Assembly (NCBI GenBank): GCA_000092065.1
Contig: CP000583.1
Direction: 5' to 3' (one strand)
DNA length: 64,000 bases
Source: Ostreococcus lucimarinus
Lineage: Eukaryota
The notes beneath the pieces are model-generated. The model saw nothing but the letters and a program-made list of their open reading frames with translations. It made no database searches and had not been told where the DNA came from. Shown piece by piece: positions 29,379-41,686 of this stretch. The translations under genes were made by a program, and so were the position numbers. The first letter of the stretch is position 1. Each line of letters opens with the position of its first letter.

Positions 29379-31403
29379 ATGCAGATGACGATGAATGCGC
29401 GAACGATGACGACGACGACGACGACGACGAGGACGACGAGGACGCGCGCGCGACGCGAAAGCGCGACGCGAAAGCGCGTTAACGCGGCGCGGGACGCGTC
29501 GACGTCGGCGACGACGACGACGCGCGGCGGCGGGACGGGACGCGCGCGGGACGCGGCGACGCGAGCGACGACGACGGGATTCGTGGAGGGAGGGACGTTC
29601 GGCGCGTACGAGGCGATGGACGCGTTCGATGAGGCGAGCGAACCGTTGTTTTATCGCGAGGGCGAGGTGTGGCGGAGCGTGATCGGACGGACGGGACGGT
29701 TCTCGGCGCTGTGGTTCGGCGTGGTGGGCGCGGCGCAGGCGCTGGCGCGCGTCGTCGCGGCGCCGACGACGGCGAATTTCTTTGAGGCGATCGCGGATGG
29801 GGCGATATTGACGCTCATCGTCGCGCCGGCGTGCGCGGCGATCGCGGCGTTCGCGTACGAGGCGTGGTGCTCGGTTCAGCTCGGGCTGATGGCGGCGTTT
29901 TTGCCGTACACGATTAGCCCGTACTCGAGTCGAAATCCAAACGCCGCGGCGCGAAAGTCGCTCGTGAGCAAGGCGATGAAAGCGCGCGCGATGCACAGGA
30001 GGTTCGCGCGCATCAAAGCGGCGCGAACGTACGCGGGGGAGGTGTGCGCGCAGTTCGCCACGGCGGCGGTCGAGGCGCCGCGTCGCGCGCTCGCCGTGGC
30101 GTTGGCGCTCAAGGCGTTTTCGCTCGCAAACGTGAGCGCGGCGAGCTCCTTGTTGGACGCGCTGTTGCTCGTCGCCTTGTGCGCGGCGTCCGTGAGCGTG
30201 AATTTGCTCGAGCGACGCCGTGGGGTCGGAAAAATGCTAAAAGAGATGGCGTACGTGGAGCGGGAGTATTTAAGGGCGCAGACAAAGGGTACTTTCTTGT
30301 GTCGATGGGCCTTCGATCCGTACGAGGATCCAGCCGAGGTGAACAAGACGTCCAAAGACAAAGCGTTGACGAACGCCGCGGTGGCTGACGCGTTGGCGAC
30401 CTCGTGTGCGTTGATCGGAGTACCACCTGAAGCGTCCATGGCATTGGTGTTAGACGCCGCTGATGGAAGAACGAGTAAAGAGCTCGCGGCGAAAGGCGTA
30501 CCTCCAACGTCCATCTGGGTGCCGAATCTGTACACGCACGTCGTGTACGCGCTGCGGAAGAATGTCGGCGTCAACGCGGTAGCGACAAAAGTGGAGGCGT
30601 TTTTGGCGGCTCGTGACCCGAGAGAGACGCAGTTGCAAGTTATTTATCTCGATCACTGCGGTGCGGTCGACAACCGAACGCAACAACTGTACGACGTCTT
30701 CTCGCGTCACGCCATCGCCGACGGCGGCGTCTTGGCGGTGACCTTTAGCACGCGCGGCAAGCGCAGTGGGAACACCAAAGCTGGTGCGGTACAACTCGCG
30801 GCGAAGGCAATCGCGGAGGCGGCAGAGATGCACGGCTACGTTCTCGAAGGTGACGCGGCGCCGAACATTCGAGGCTTGGTCGATTACACGGTGACGGTGA
30901 CTCCCGAGCTCGGGGATACGATGGAAAAGGAGTCCGCGCAAGCGAATTTCGCGCGAGTCCTTCGAGAGAGTGCGAATGCGATCGAATCGGCGACGATCGC
31001 CGATAACGATGGCGCAATCGCCGCCGCTTTAGCGCTGTGGCTCAAGGATTCGGAAGCGAAAGACGCCTCTGACGAGGCGCTCGAAACGGCTAAGGACCGC
31101 CGCCGGCGCCGACTCGCGGCTGACTTGTCTAAACGCGCACTCGCGCGTTTGGAATCGGGCAAGACGCTCATGGGTAGCGATGCTCGCGCGCTTCGCTCGC
31201 TCGCGCGCGAAGTCGTCGCCTCCGCGCGCGCCGCGGCTGAACTTCGCGATCCGGGCTCAGAGCGCGTCGCCGCCGCCGCCGCCGCCGCGAGACGCCCGTC
31301 GACCGAAGCGGCCATCTTCGAGCGACGCTATCCCAAGTGCCTCTACATGTACAAAACCCTAATGTTCTTCGTGTTTCGAGTGCGCATCGCCGCGCGTTCG
31401 TGA
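29379..31403 (+). CDS. Hypothetical protein (~675 aa), Thr-rich N-terminus, Ala-rich
   Basis: ATG at 29379 (MQMTMNARTMTTTTTTT…), divergent from the 27609 gene. The C-terminal half has good coding character (…VIYLDHCGAVDNRTQQLYDVFSRHAIADGGVLAVTF…). No domain recognised. Confidence 0.35.
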   Translation: MQMTMNARTMTTTTTTTRTTRTRARRESATRKRVNAARDASTSATTTTRGGGTGRARDAATRATTTGFVEGGTFGAYEAMDAFDEASEPLFYREGEVWRSVIGRTGRFSALWFGVVGAAQALARVVAAPTTANFFEAIADGAILTLIVAPACAAIAAFAYEAWCSVQLGLMAAFLPYTISPYSSRNPNAAARKSLVSKAMKARAMHRRFARIKAARTYAGEVCAQFATAAVEAPRRALAVALALKAFSLANVSAASSLLDALLLVALCAASVSVNLLERRRGVGKMLKEMAYVEREYLRAQTKGTFLCRWAFDPYEDPAEVNKTSKDKALTNAAVADALATSCALIGVPPEASMALVLDAADGRTSKELAAKGVPPTSIWVPNLYTHVVYALRKNVGVNAVATKVEAFLAARDPRETQLQVIYLDHCGAVDNRTQQLYDVFSRHAIADGGVLAVTFSTRGKRSGNTKAGAVQLAAKAIAEAAEMHGYVLEGDAAPNIRGLVDYTVTVTPELGDTMEKESAQANFARVLRESANAIESATIADNDGAIAAALALWLKDSEAKDASDEALETAKDRRRRRLAADLSKRALARLESGKTLMGSDARALRSLAREVVASARAAAELRDPGSERVAAAAAAARRPSTEAAIFERRYPKCLYMYKTLMFFVFRVRIAARS

Positions 31404-31485
31404 GTAGGCTTGTCATAATACGTAGGAACTTCGTTGCGCAGCCACTCGCCGTCGTCCGTCGCCACTCGCCGCCTCGCGTCTCGTT

Positions 31486-32601
31486 ATGAGTTCGACGTGT
31501 GCGCGCTCGCCCGCCGCCGTCGCGCGCAGTCGAGGACGAGCGTCGCCGTCCTCTCGTCGCGTCGGCGACGTCATCGCGCGCGCCGCATCGCGTCACGGAA
31601 CGCACGATGACTGCGCGCCCGCGCGTCGTCGTCGTCGCGACGTTCTATTCACCTCGCTCGTCGCGGTCCTCGCCGCGGCGCCCGCGAACGAGGCGCGCGC
31701 GGGTGCCGTCCTCGACGGTCTCGTCAAGTATCGCGACGACGCGAAGAAGGCGCTCGACGCCGACCCGGAGGATGAGGTATTGCGAGGGCAGTTGAACTTT
31801 TTCGACAAGCAAGTCGAGCGGACGCGCGCGAACGCGGAATTCTTGACGAACGAGGTGAAACCGAACGTGGTGGCGGGGAAGACGAACTACCTCGGTGGAT
31901 TATCGTTTGCGGTGAAGGATGTGCAAGCGGAGGTTGATTTTTGGACCAAGGCTTTGGGGGCGCGCGTGACGAGCGACGTCGGAAGCGGGGACGAGCGCGT
32001 GACGACGTTGGCGTACGGGCAGATCAGTTTGAGTGAAGACGACGGAGGAAAGGCGACGGTCGAGATACGGCAGGCGACGAGCGGTGCGGACGTCGTGGAC
32101 GTCGGCAACGTGTTGAGTTACGTCGCCGTCACGGTGCCGTTTGGTCTGCGAGTGTCGCAAATTTACGAGAGCGGCGGCGAATTGTTGTACGGCTTTGGGT
32201 TTTTCGATATGCGCTCGCCCGGCGGTATTCCAGTGCGTGGGCAAGTGGCGACTAGACGAGATCCGCTGGAAGTGGTGGCGTTGAACGTAAAGAACGTGCG
32301 CGAGGCTGAGAAATTCCTCGTCGCCGAGTACGGCTTTGAATCCGTTAAGCCTCTCGACGCGAATTCTTACGCCCCAAAATCTCCCAACGGCTCGCGTTTG
32401 CTTTACTTCACCAGCCCGACGAAAACGTTTACGGTTATTTTACAACCCTGGCGAGAGAAGACGCCCTTGCGTCTCGGCGACACCTTGCGAGGCGTCGTCG
32501 TCGCGCGCGGCGGCGATTTCGCCCGCGCCGACGTCGTCGCCGACCCCCGCGTCGCGGGCGTCCCGTTCCAATCTCGCCCGCTCGCCCCAGAATTTATTTA
32601 A
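31486..32601 (+). CDS. VOC-family (glyoxalase/bleomycin-resistance/dioxygenase fold) protein, two tandem modules, N-terminal presequence
   Basis: Two betaalphabetabetabeta-like modules (…GGLSFAVKDVQAEVDFWTKALGARV… and …VVALNVKNVREAEKFLVAEYGFE…). R/S/A-rich N-terminus. Confidence 0.4.
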   Translation: MSSTCARSPAAVARSRGRASPSSRRVGDVIARAASRHGTHDDCAPARRRRRDVLFTSLVAVLAAAPANEARAGAVLDGLVKYRDDAKKALDADPEDEVLRGQLNFFDKQVERTRANAEFLTNEVKPNVVAGKTNYLGGLSFAVKDVQAEVDFWTKALGARVTSDVGSGDERVTTLAYGQISLSEDDGGKATVEIRQATSGADVVDVGNVLSYVAVTVPFGLRVSQIYESGGELLYGFGFFDMRSPGGIPVRGQVATRRDPLEVVALNVKNVREAEKFLVAEYGFESVKPLDANSYAPKSPNGSRLLYFTSPTKTFTVILQPWREKTPLRLGDTLRGVVVARGGDFARADVVADPRVAGVPFQSRPLAPEFI

Positions 32602-33223
32602 TACGCATTGGATCGTCCATCATCGCTTGCCGGCGTGCCGCGCACCATCATCGCGCGCGCGTAGACGCGCTCCCTTCCCGCCTCGCGCGTGGTGCCTTCT
32701 CATGGGGGCCATTAAACAGTTTCAACAGTTTCTTCCTACGCGTCGACGTCACCTATATACGAATCGACACATGGAAACCGAACGCACCTCGATTTCACAT
32801 ATAACCCCCCCCAAAACGCCATGACGCGTATTTTTGTCTGTCTCGATCCCACATCCGACGCCGCCCGAGCCGACGACATCATTCGTCGACGCGGAACGCA
32901 CTCGTCACCATGTCCACCGAAACCGAACGCAGTTCGTTCGCCGTCAAGGCTGGCTTAGCGCAGGTACGCATCGTCGATAATTCTTACGCGTCGCGTCGTC
33001 GCGAGGTCGAGAGACGCGCGCGCGGGATGCGACGCGGGACGTCGCGAGCGCGACGCCGTCATCGCCCCTAGGTCCTCGACGATGGCGTCGACGGCGCGAT
33101 GGCGACGCACGCGACGCGCGATGGCGCACGACGCCGCGACGACGCGAACGGGGCGTTTTATTTACGCGAACGGCGTCGCGCGTCGCGCGCGGGCGACGCG
33201 TCGTCGGGGCGAAGGCGCGGACG

Positions 33224-34211
33224 ATGCAACCATCGTCCGCGGACGTCATCGGGACGTCACGCTTTTTCGGCGAGGACAGGTTTGGTTTGGCTGTCTGTGT
33301 TTTGGTGTTGTATGCGCGCGAGACGCGGTTGGGTTCGACGACTGACGAGACGTGGTGTGGATACGACGACGCAGATGCTCAAGGGCGGCGTGATCATGGA
33401 CGTCGTGAACGTCGAGCAGGCGCGCATCGCGGAGGAGGCGGGCGCCGTCGCCGTCATGGCGCTCGAGCGCGTGCCGGCGGACATTCGCAAGGATGGCGGC
33501 GTGGCGCGCATGTCTGATCCGACGATGATCAAGGCTATTAAGGAAGCGGTGACGATTCCGGTCATGGCGAAGGCTCGCATTGGGCACTTTGTCGAGGCGC
33601 AAGTGCTCGAGGCGGTGGGGATCGACTACATTGATGAGTCTGAAGTTTTGACGCCGGCGGATGAAATTAACCACTTGAACAAGCACAAGTTCAAGGTGCC
33701 GGTGCTTTGCGGATGCCGCGATCTCGGTGAAGCGCTTCGACGCATCGCCGAGGGTTCTTCCATGATCCGCACCAAGGGTGAAGCTGGTACGGGTAACGTC
33801 GTCGAGGCTGTTCGCCACTGCCGCGCCGTCATGGGCGACATTCGTCGCTTGTGCGCCATGGACGAGGACGAAGTCTTCGTGTACGCCAAGGAGATTCGCG
33901 CCCCGCTCGAACTCGTGCAGCAAACCAGAAAGCTCGGTCGTTTGCCCGTGGTGAACTTCGCCGCCGGTGGTGTCGCCACCCCGGCTGACGCCGCTTTGAT
34001 GATGCAGCTCGGTATGGATGGTGTTTTTGTCGGTTCTGGGATTTTCAAGTCTGGCGATCCCGCCAAGCGCGCGCGCGCTATCGTGCAAGCCGTCACCCAC
34101 TACAACGACCCGAAGATCATTGCCGAAGTTTCGCAAGGATTGGGCGAAGCTATGGTCGGCATTGACTGCAAGGAGCAAAATTTCGTCTCCTACGCGGGCC
34201 GATCCGAATAG
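33224..34211 (+). CDS. PDX1: Pyridoxal 5'-phosphate synthase subunit PDX1/PdxS (two exons: 33224..33292, 33375..34211; intron 33293..33374)
   Basis: Exon 2 is full-length PdxS ([12 protein letters not shown]…[11 protein letters not shown]…[18 protein letters not shown]…). The spliced product …FGEDRFGLA|[10 protein letters not shown] restores the conserved VGLAQMLRGG junction. The intron has GT…actgacg…AG, and its acceptor cgcag abuts the ATG codon. Confidence 0.8.
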
Positions 34212-34331
34212 GATACCAGGCGCGGCGACTCTGATTATTTTACGCGACGATAAGGATTTTAGCACTTTAAAATTTCGAAATAAGACAATCTGTACGACAT
34301 GCAATGCTATGTGCGCTAAGAGACTCCCCGA

Positions 34332-35441
34332 CTAGTCGTCGCCGCCGAAAAACGTCCGCGCCATGCCTTTGCGCTTTTGCTTGCGTTCGCTATCGGCGCG
34401 TCTCGGTTTTTTCTTCTTGTTCTTCTGCGCGCTCTCGGTCGGTTGCGGGCGTTTCTTCATGCCTTTTTTCACGAAAGGTTGATTCTTCCCTTCTTTTAAG
34501 AACTTCTGCTTCCTCTCGAGCTGCTTTTCGTTGAAGTGCTTGGCCTTTTTCGTCGCGCTCTTGCCCGCGTCCTTGTTTGTTTTAGAGCTACTCGTCTTGT
34601 TCGTCGCCAACAACGCCTCCGCCGCGCGCCGCGCGCGCTCAATTTTCAAGAAACCGGGAACATCACCTTCGTCGTCATCGCTTTCGTCTTCGCTCGAGGA
34701 GAATCGTCCGCCGAGCGTGTCTTCGTCGTCGCCGCCGCCGGCTTCTCGCATCGCCTTGGCGCGCGCCTTGCGTTCCGCCTTTTCAGTCTGATTTCGCTCC
34801 CTCTTCACGTCCCCGGTCTCCGCTCCGACCTTGACGGCGAGATCTTTCAAATTACCCCTCGACATCGCGTCGTGCTCGAACTGACACTCCTCCCCGAACC
34901 GACACCGTCCCATGTTTAACCAATCCAAGCACGCGCCCGCGCTTCGCGCCTCGTGCACCTTGGTCGCGTACTCCAATCTCGCCTCTTTCCGTTCCTTATC
35001 CCTCGCCTCCCTCGCCTCGCGCTCTTTCCGACTCGCATTTATCCTCTCCTTCGCCTCGCGCTTTCGCAATCGCGCCTCGGCGACGCCCTCCGCCCCTCCG
35101 CTCTTCTCAAACTTGGCGCGTTGCGTCGCCTTTGTCTTCGTCCACGCCTCGCGCACGCGTCGCGCGCGTTCGACCTCATCCTTCGCACCGTCGTCGCCGT
35201 CCTCGACCTCGCACGCGCGGTCGAGCACGTTCAACAGGTGTCCTTTGCTGTCCAGCAATCGCAGCGCGTCGGCGTGCGCGTCGCCCTCGCGTCGTCCGCG
35301 CGCGCGCGCCAGTTTCGCCCACGACGCGTAGTCTCTCGAACTCTCGACGAGCGCGCGGGCGAAGTCGTCCTCCGCGCGCACGGCGCGCCCGAGGAGGGCG
35401 ACGAAGGCGTTCTTCTTGCCCTTACCGACGCCAGCCACCAT
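34332..35441 (-). CDS. CCCH-type zinc-finger protein, K/E/R-rich (coiled-coil/basic, possibly nucleolar or RNA-binding)
   Basis: CCCH finger CLDWLNMGRCRFGEECQFEHD. Long charged KE/RE repeats and a basic KKKK C-terminus. Start placed at MVAGVGKGKK. Confidence 0.5.
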   Translation of the reverse strand: MVAGVGKGKKNAFVALLGRAVRAEDDFARALVESSRDYASWAKLARARGRREGDAHADALRLLDSKGHLLNVLDRACEVEDGDDGAKDEVERARRVREAWTKTKATQRAKFEKSGGAEGVAEARLRKREAKERINASRKEREAREARDKERKEARLEYATKVHEARSAGACLDWLNMGRCRFGEECQFEHDAMSRGNLKDLAVKVGAETGDVKRERNQTEKAERKARAKAMREAGGGDDEDTLGGRFSSSEDESDDDEGDVPGFLKIERARRAAEALLATNKTSSSKTNKDAGKSATKKAKHFNEKQLERKQKFLKEGKNQPFVKKGMKKRPQPTESAQKNKKKKPRRADSERKQKRKGMARTFFGGDD

Positions 35442-35836
35442 GGCGAGCGACCGCGCGCGTCGCGTCGGCGCGTGACGCGCGCGGTTCGAGGCGCGCGGTG
35501 GACATGACGGCGGCGGTGGGAAAACTGACAAAACTCGCCCTTATTAGGTAACAACCAAAGGAAAAAAATTGAAATTGTATCTCAAAGATAATAAGCACTG
35601 ACATACGAACGAAAGGAACGCGCCGCACCCGTCTCGCATCGCGCGCGCCGTGAGCTTACGGGTTCTTCGGCGCGCCGAACTCGCTGACATTTGATTGAAA
35701 GTCTTCGTCGTCGCGCTACAGTTAACATCGTATACATACTTCGCCGCTACTCGCTAGTGATCGCGCCGCGACCATGCGCGCACACTAATTGTGCGCGCAC
35801 CGATCGCGCGTCGTCGTCGTCACCCTCTACGCGCGC

Positions 35837-36379
35837 TCATCGCGCCGCGGCGCGTCGTCCAGCCTGCATCGCCGCGATCGTCTCGCTCGACGACTTTTTG
35901 TACTCGAACAATTCCTCGATCAGCGCCGACATGTCCACCATCGTCCTGTGTTGCGTGTCTATGATATCGCACAACTGCGCGCGTTCGTTCGCCGCGTCTT
36001 CCCGTCTCTTCTCATCCTTCGCGTTCGATTTTTCCACCTCCCACCACACCGCGCCGCCGGCGACGGCGAACACGAACGCCTCCCCCACGAATTCGCTCGC
36101 CGCCTGCAGCGCCGCGTCTTCGCTCATGTTCGCCTTCGCCATCGCCCGCTTCGCCTCGTTCCTCGCCTTCCTCGACGTCGTTCCGGGTTCACCGCTCACC
36201 GCGCCGCTCGCCGCGTCGTCGCGCGCCAGAAACGCCATCCACTTCGCCGTCGCGCGCGCGCTCTCGATGGCGTACGCGCGCGCCGTCGGCGACTCCTCCA
36301 TCGCCGTTCGCAACCGCTTCGCCAGCGGTTTCGACGCCGTCTTCACGATGAGCGTGAACGCCTTTATGTACAGCGCCAT
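35837..36379 (-). CDS. OPA3: OPA3-like (optic atrophy 3) mitochondrial protein, 180 aa
   Basis: N-terminal [19 protein letters not shown] aligns with OPA3 [38 protein letters not shown] aligns with GEATIFIVGGGCLVLEYWR. The track ORF 35837..37186 extends spuriously upstream. Confidence 0.75.
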   Translation of the reverse strand: MALYIKAFTLIVKTASKPLAKRLRTAMEESPTARAYAIESARATAKWMAFLARDDAASGAVSGEPGTTSRKARNEAKRAMAKANMSEDAALQAASEFVGEAFVFAVAGGAVWWEVEKSNAKDEKRREDAANERAQLCDIIDTQHRTMVDMSALIEELFEYKKSSSETIAAMQAGRRAAAR

Positions 36380-36505
36380 GTCGGCGTCGCTCGCGTCGCG
36401 GCGCGCGCGTGCGCCGCGCGGCGCGCACTGCGGCGGCGTGGAATGCGCCGGCGCGCGCGTCCTTCGCGCTTCAATCCGCGACGCGACGCGACGCCGCGCG
36501 CGCGC

Positions 36506-39500
36506 ATGGGCGCCAACGCGCGCTCGCGATCGCCCGCGTCCGCGTCGCGACGCGCGACGCGCGCGAACGACGCCGAGGGCGACGCCGAGGGCGACGACGA
36601 CGACGCGCGCGAGATCGCGCGATTGCAGCGCGAGCGACGCGCGCTGGACGACGCGACGACGACGTCGCGCGACGCGAGGAAGGGCGATGACGCGCTCGAC
36701 GACGAACGAAACGACGCGCGCGAGGCGACGACGCGCGCGACGCGGACGGTGAAGGCGCCGCCGCGCGCGTACGCGCCGACGGCGGAGACGCTCGCGGGCG
36801 CGCCGCTGGACGCGGAGGAGGACGAAGATCTGGAGAGCGACGAAGCGCTCGGGTTCGGGAAATCGCGACGGGTGATCGATCGAGAGAGCGATTACTCGAA
36901 GCGACGGTTCAAGCGACGGCTGAGTCCGGGGAAAAAGGGGGAGGTGCGCGGCGACGAGACGCGAGGGCGACGAGACGCGCGAGAGGCTAGGTTTTGGGAG
37001 ACGACGACGACGCGCGATCGCGGACGACGCGCGCGATGCGTGAGACTGACGGAAAATGCGACGCAACGCGCGGGTTTTGCCTCGACGCAGGACGGAGACG
37101 AAGGACGAAGCTATGCCGAACGCATGAAGGAGGCGGCGGTGGAGCGAGAGCGCGACAACACGCTGCGAAACATTGAAAAGAAGCAACGAGAAGAGGCGGA
37201 ACGCGCGGCGGACGAGGCGCGACTCGCCGCGGCGCGAGCGAGCGAACCCGCGGCATCGTCGGCGAGGCCAGAGAAGCGCAAGCGACGATGGGACGCGAAA
37301 CCGGACGACAGCGCGGCGCGAAGCGGGCAGGCGCCGGCGCCGGCGCGCGTGAGCGAGTGGGAAAGCGACGACAGCGCGGCGACTGGGACGAAGTGGGACG
37401 ACGCCACGCCGCAGCGCCCATCAGAGTGGGAAACGATGGAAAGCGGCACGCGAGCGGCGGACGTCAAACCGACGCCGCGACGCTCGAGAAGCCGTTGGGA
37501 CGAGACGCCGATGATTCGCGCGGGTGGCGATCCGAGCGCCACGCCGGCGTGGACGGGTGGCGAGACGCCCGTCATCGCCGCCGGTGGGGAGACGCCGAAA
37601 ATCACGGCTGGTATGGCGACGCCATCTGCAGCGCAAATCGCCGCGCACGCCGCCATGCAATCGAACGTTCCTTTGACGCCCGAGCAGTATCAGCAGATGC
37701 GTTTTCAACGGGAAATCGAAGAGCGCAACCGACCGCAGACGGATGAGGAACTCGACGAGTTGTTGCCGTCCGAAGGGTACAAGATTCTCGAGCCACCGGC
37801 GAGCTACGTGCCCATTCGCACGCCTGCGCGTAAGCTCATGCAAACGCCGATGCCGTACGGCTCAAACGCCGGCTTTTTCAGCATTCCCGAGGAGGATCGC
37901 GGGCAAAAATTTGACGTCGCCCTCGTCCCCGAAGGTTTGCCGGAGATGAAACCCGAGGACGTGCAGTACTTTGCACCTTTGTTGAAAGAAACGGACGAGG
38001 AAGCCTTGACGATCGAAGAGCAGAAGGAGCGCAAGATTATGCGTTTGTTACTTCGAGTCAAGAACGGGACGCCGCAGCAGCGCAAGACGTCGCTTCGTCA
38101 AATCACCGATCGCGCCAAAGAGTTCGGCGCCGGACCGTTGTTCAACCAGATTTTACCTTTGCTCATGTCGCCGACGTTGGAAGATCAAGAGCGTCACTTA
38201 CTCGTCAAGGTGATTGATCGCATCTTGTACAAGCTCGACGACTTGGTGCGCCCCTACGTGCACAAGATTCTCGTCGTCATCGAACCTTTGTTGATTGATG
38301 AGGACTACTACGCCCGCGTCGAGGGGCGGGAAATCATTAGTAACGTCGCAAAGGCTGCAGGATTAGCGACGATGATCGCCGCTATGCGCCCTGACATTGA
38401 TAACGTGGATGAGTACGTGCGGAACACGACGGCGAGAGCGTTCGCCGTCGTCGCGCAAGCGCTCGGCGTGCAGTCTTTGCTTCCTTTCTTGAAGGCGGTG
38501 TGCCAAAGTAAGAAGAGTTGGCAAGCGCGTCACACGGGCATCAAAATCGTTCAGCAAATCGCAATCCTTCACGGGTGCGCCGTGCTGCCGCACCTCAAAT
38601 CTTTGGTGGACATCATTGAAAACGGTTTGGGCGATGAAAACCAAAAGGTGCGCACCATCACCGCGCTTTCCATCGCCGCGCTCGCTGAGGCTGCGACGCC
38701 GTACGGTATCGAGTCGTTCGATAACGTTCTCAAACCGTTGTGGAAAGGCATTCGCGCACACCGAGGGAAAGTGTTAGCCGCGTTCCTCAAGGCCATCGGT
38801 TTCATCATTCCGCTCATGGACGCGATGTACGCCAACTATTACACCCGCGAGGTCATGGTGATTCTGATTCGTGAATTCGCTACTGCGGACGAAGAGATGA
38901 AGAAAATTACGTTGAAAGTTGTCAAGCAGTGCGTAGCCACCGACGGGGTCGAGCCAGAGTACATTCGAGCCGAAGTCATGCCTGAATTCTTCAAACATTT
39001 CTGGGTTCGACGCATGGCTCTCGATCGACGCAACTATCAACAGCTCGTGGAGACGACGTTGGAGGTTTCCTTAAAAGTCGGTGCCGCGGAAATCATCGGG
39101 CGAATCGTGGAAGATTTGAAGGATGAGTCCGAGCCTTATCGCCGTATGGTGATGGAAACAATCACCAAGGTGATTGAAGAGCTTGGTACGGCGGACGTGG
39201 ACACTCGCATGGAGGAACTCCTGATTGACGGCATGCTGTACGCCTTTCAAGAGCAAACGTCGGATGAGAATGATATCATGCTCAAGGGCGTCGGTACCAT
39301 CGTCAACGCCCTTGGACTTCGTGCGAAGCCGTACTTGCCCCAAATTTGCGGTACGATCAAATGGCGCATGAACAACAAAAGCGCCGACATTCGCGAACAA
39401 GCGGCTGATTTGATCAGCGCCATCGCTCCCGTGATGCGCAAGTGCGAAGAAGAGCAACTTCTCGGGCACTTGGGGGTCGTTTTGTACGAGTACCTCGGTG

Positions 39501-40465
39501 AAGAATATCCCGAAGTTTTGGGTTCGATTCTTGGCGCGTTGAAGGCGATCGTGAGCGTGCAAGGAATGACGCGAATGACGCCGCCGATTAAGGATCTTCT
39601 CCCGCGATTGACGCCAATTTTGAAGAATAGGCACGAGAAGGTGCAAGAGAACACGATCGATTTGATCGGTCGAATTGCCGATCGAGGTGCGGAGTACGTC
39701 GCCGCGCGCGAGTGGATGCGAATTTGCTTTGAACTTTTAGAATTGTTGAAGGCGCCGAAGAAGGCGATTCGCCGCGCGACGGTGAACACGTTTGGTTACA
39801 TCGCCAAGGCGATTGGTCCGCAAGACGTGCTCGCGACGCTTTTGAACAACCTCAAGGTACAAGAGCGTCAAATGCGCGTGTGTACGACTGTGGCGATCGC
39901 AATCGTTGCGGAAACGTGCGCGCCGTTTACCGTGCTACCGGCGCTCATGAATGAGTACCGCGTGCCCGAGCTCAACGTGCAAAACGGCGTGCTGAAATCG
40001 TTGGCGTTTTTGTTCGAGTACATTGGAGAGATGGGAAAGGATTACATCTACGCCGTCACGCCGCTGCTCGAAGACGCGCTCATGGATCGAGATCTGGTAC
40101 ACCGCCAAACTGCGGCGGTGACGGTAAAGCATCTCGCCTTGGGATGCGCTGGTCTTGGATGCGAAGACGCCGTGACGCATCTGATCAATTACACTTGGCC
40201 CAACGTATTTGAGCCGTCGCCGCACGTCATCAACGCTGTGACGGAGGCGATCGAAGCCGCACGAGTGGCGCTCGGACCACATTTCGTACTCGCATACACG
40301 TTGCAAGGGCTATTCCATCCCGCACGCAAGGTTCGCGACATTTACTGGAAGATTTACAACACGCTGTACATTTCATCCGAGGATGCTCTCGTGCCGGCAT
40401 ACCCGGCGCTCGACGACGACGGACCGAACACGTACCGTCGCGTCGAGCTTGACTGTTTCGTGTAG
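36506..40465 (+). CDS. SF3B1: Splicing factor 3B subunit 1 (SF3B1/SAP155)
   Basis: N-terminal TP-dipeptide repeats ([29 protein letters not shown]…), a p14-binding region and ~20 C-terminal HEAT repeats, highly conserved to the end. ATG at 36506 is in frame. The upstream part of track ORF 35789 is artefact overlapping OPA3. Confidence 0.9.
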   Translation: MGANARSRSPASASRRATRANDAEGDAEGDDDDAREIARLQRERRALDDATTTSRDARKGDDALDDERNDAREATTRATRTVKAPPRAYAPTAETLAGAPLDAEEDEDLESDEALGFGKSRRVIDRESDYSKRRFKRRLSPGKKGEVRGDETRGRRDAREARFWETTTTRDRGRRARCVRLTENATQRAGFASTQDGDEGRSYAERMKEAAVERERDNTLRNIEKKQREEAERAADEARLAAARASEPAASSARPEKRKRRWDAKPDDSAARSGQAPAPARVSEWESDDSAATGTKWDDATPQRPSEWETMESGTRAADVKPTPRRSRSRWDETPMIRAGGDPSATPAWTGGETPVIAAGGETPKITAGMATPSAAQIAAHAAMQSNVPLTPEQYQQMRFQREIEERNRPQTDEELDELLPSEGYKILEPPASYVPIRTPARKLMQTPMPYGSNAGFFSIPEEDRGQKFDVALVPEGLPEMKPEDVQYFAPLLKETDEEALTIEEQKERKIMRLLLRVKNGTPQQRKTSLRQITDRAKEFGAGPLFNQILPLLMSPTLEDQERHLLVKVIDRILYKLDDLVRPYVHKILVVIEPLLIDEDYYARVEGREIISNVAKAAGLATMIAAMRPDIDNVDEYVRNTTARAFAVVAQALGVQSLLPFLKAVCQSKKSWQARHTGIKIVQQIAILHGCAVLPHLKSLVDIIENGLGDENQKVRTITALSIAALAEAATPYGIESFDNVLKPLWKGIRAHRGKVLAAFLKAIGFIIPLMDAMYANYYTREVMVILIREFATADEEMKKITLKVVKQCVATDGVEPEYIRAEVMPEFFKHFWVRRMALDRRNYQQLVETTLEVSLKVGAAEIIGRIVEDLKDESEPYRRMVMETITKVIEELGTADVDTRMEELLIDGMLYAFQEQTSDENDIMLKGVGTIVNALGLRAKPYLPQICGTIKWRMNNKSADIREQAADLISAIAPVMRKCEEEQLLGHLGVVLYEYLGEEYPEVLGSILGALKAIVSVQGMTRMTPPIKDLLPRLTPILKNRHEKVQENTIDLIGRIADRGAEYVAAREWMRICFELLELLKAPKKAIRRATVNTFGYIAKAIGPQDVLATLLNNLKVQERQMRVCTTVAIAIVAETCAPFTVLPALMNEYRVPELNVQNGVLKSLAFLFEYIGEMGKDYIYAVTPLLEDALMDRDLVHRQTAAVTVKHLALGCAGLGCEDAVTHLINYTWPNVFEPSPHVINAVTEAIEAARVALGPHFVLAYTLQGLFHPARKVRDIYWKIYNTLYISSEDALVPAYPALDDDGPNTYRRVELDCFV

Positions 40466-40533
40466 AGAAGTATATAGAAATTAGAAGTTCTTCATTACAC
40501 AACACACCGATTTTCCCACCGCAAGCGTCGCCG

Positions 40534-41064
40534 TCAATCGAAATCGCTGTCTTCGTCGTCACTATTCGCTTTGAATCCGCCCGTCCGCATCATGCGCGAC
40601 ATCGCTTCTCTACGTATCTCCTCCACCTCATCCTCGCTATCGCTCTCGTTCTTCTCCGGCTGCACCACCGCATCCGCTTTCAACAATATTCGCTCTAGTT
40701 TCGCCGTGGGGTAATCGTCCTTACCCCCGAGTTCCTCGAACCCAACCAAGCGATCGAACGCGACGCCGTCTTTGAAAAAAATCAAACACGGCAATACCTT
40801 CACTTGCAACTTGGTCACAAAGAACGGCGCGTCCGGTGCCGATATCTTGATAAACTTTGTATCGAAAAACTTCTTCGCCAGCGCGCTTAAATGCTTATCC
40901 ATGATCCTACACCGCTCAAACTCTTGATGATAAAAATGCGCCACGACGCGATGCGTCGTCGTCACCTCTGGCAGGAACTCCTTCTCATCTACCTCGGTCA
41001 GCGTTCCGTGCCCCGTGCGCTCCATCGTCATCCGTCGCTCTTGCGCCTCTTTCATCGCCTGCAC
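40534..41064 (-). CDS. Thioredoxin-domain protein of the phosducin-like family (TXNDC9/PLP3-like)
   Basis: Thioredoxin fold without a CxxC site (…VVAHFYHQEFERCRIMDKHLSALAKKF…VLPCLIFFKDGVAFDRLVGFEELGG) and an acidic C-terminal tail. Confidence 0.65.
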   Translation of the reverse strand: MQAMKEAQERRMTMERTGHGTLTEVDEKEFLPEVTTTHRVVAHFYHQEFERCRIMDKHLSALAKKFFDTKFIKISAPDAPFFVTKLQVKVLPCLIFFKDGVAFDRLVGFEELGGKDDYPTAKLERILLKADAVVQPEKNESDSEDEVEEIRREAMSRMMRTGGFKANSDDEDSDFD

Positions 41065-41686
41065 GCGCTCGCGATGAATGTCCTCTAAATCAGGATCCTA
41101 CGCGCGACGCGAAAAGTCAACGCGAAAAGTCAGTCTTCCTGTCCTCGCGTCGCGACCACACGACCGCTCCCACCGCGCGTCTGTCGCCTCCAGTCCCGCC
41201 GCGCGTCCGTCGCGTCGCGTCCCACGCGATCGCACTCGCAACCGCGCGCGCGCGCGCGTCGTCGCGCACCTCGCACAACTCCTTGGCGTCTAAAACTCGC
41301 GCCCGCGCCCGCGCTTTCGCGTGCGCATCTTCCCGCGTTTTCTCCTCCATGTAGTTCCTCGCCGCCGCCTCCATCACCGTGCCGTAATTCAGCGAGTGCA
41401 TCGTGTCCCGGAACTTGCCGCCGTCCATGTTCATCGCGCTCGTTCGCCTCGCGCGTCCGCGAGTGCGGCCGCGTCGCCGCGCGATTGATGACTTTAAACT
41501 TTTGACGCGCGCGCGCGCGCGACACACCTCGACGCGGACGAAGCGCGCGAACGAACGCGCGAACGCGCGAACGCGCGAACGGACGGTCGTCCCCTGACGC
41601 TCGGTCGCGCGCGACGTCGTCGTCGCGTCGTCGTCGTTTCGCATCTTTTTTGGCGTCGAATCGACTTTGGTGTTGCGTCGAGAAGG

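Noticed and set aside
35789-36505. N-terminal 239 codons of track ORF 35789..40465 as part of SF3B1
   Set aside because: This R-rich sequence overlaps the conserved OPA3-like gene on the opposite strand. The SF3B1 homology and plausible N-terminus begin at the in-frame ATG at 36506.
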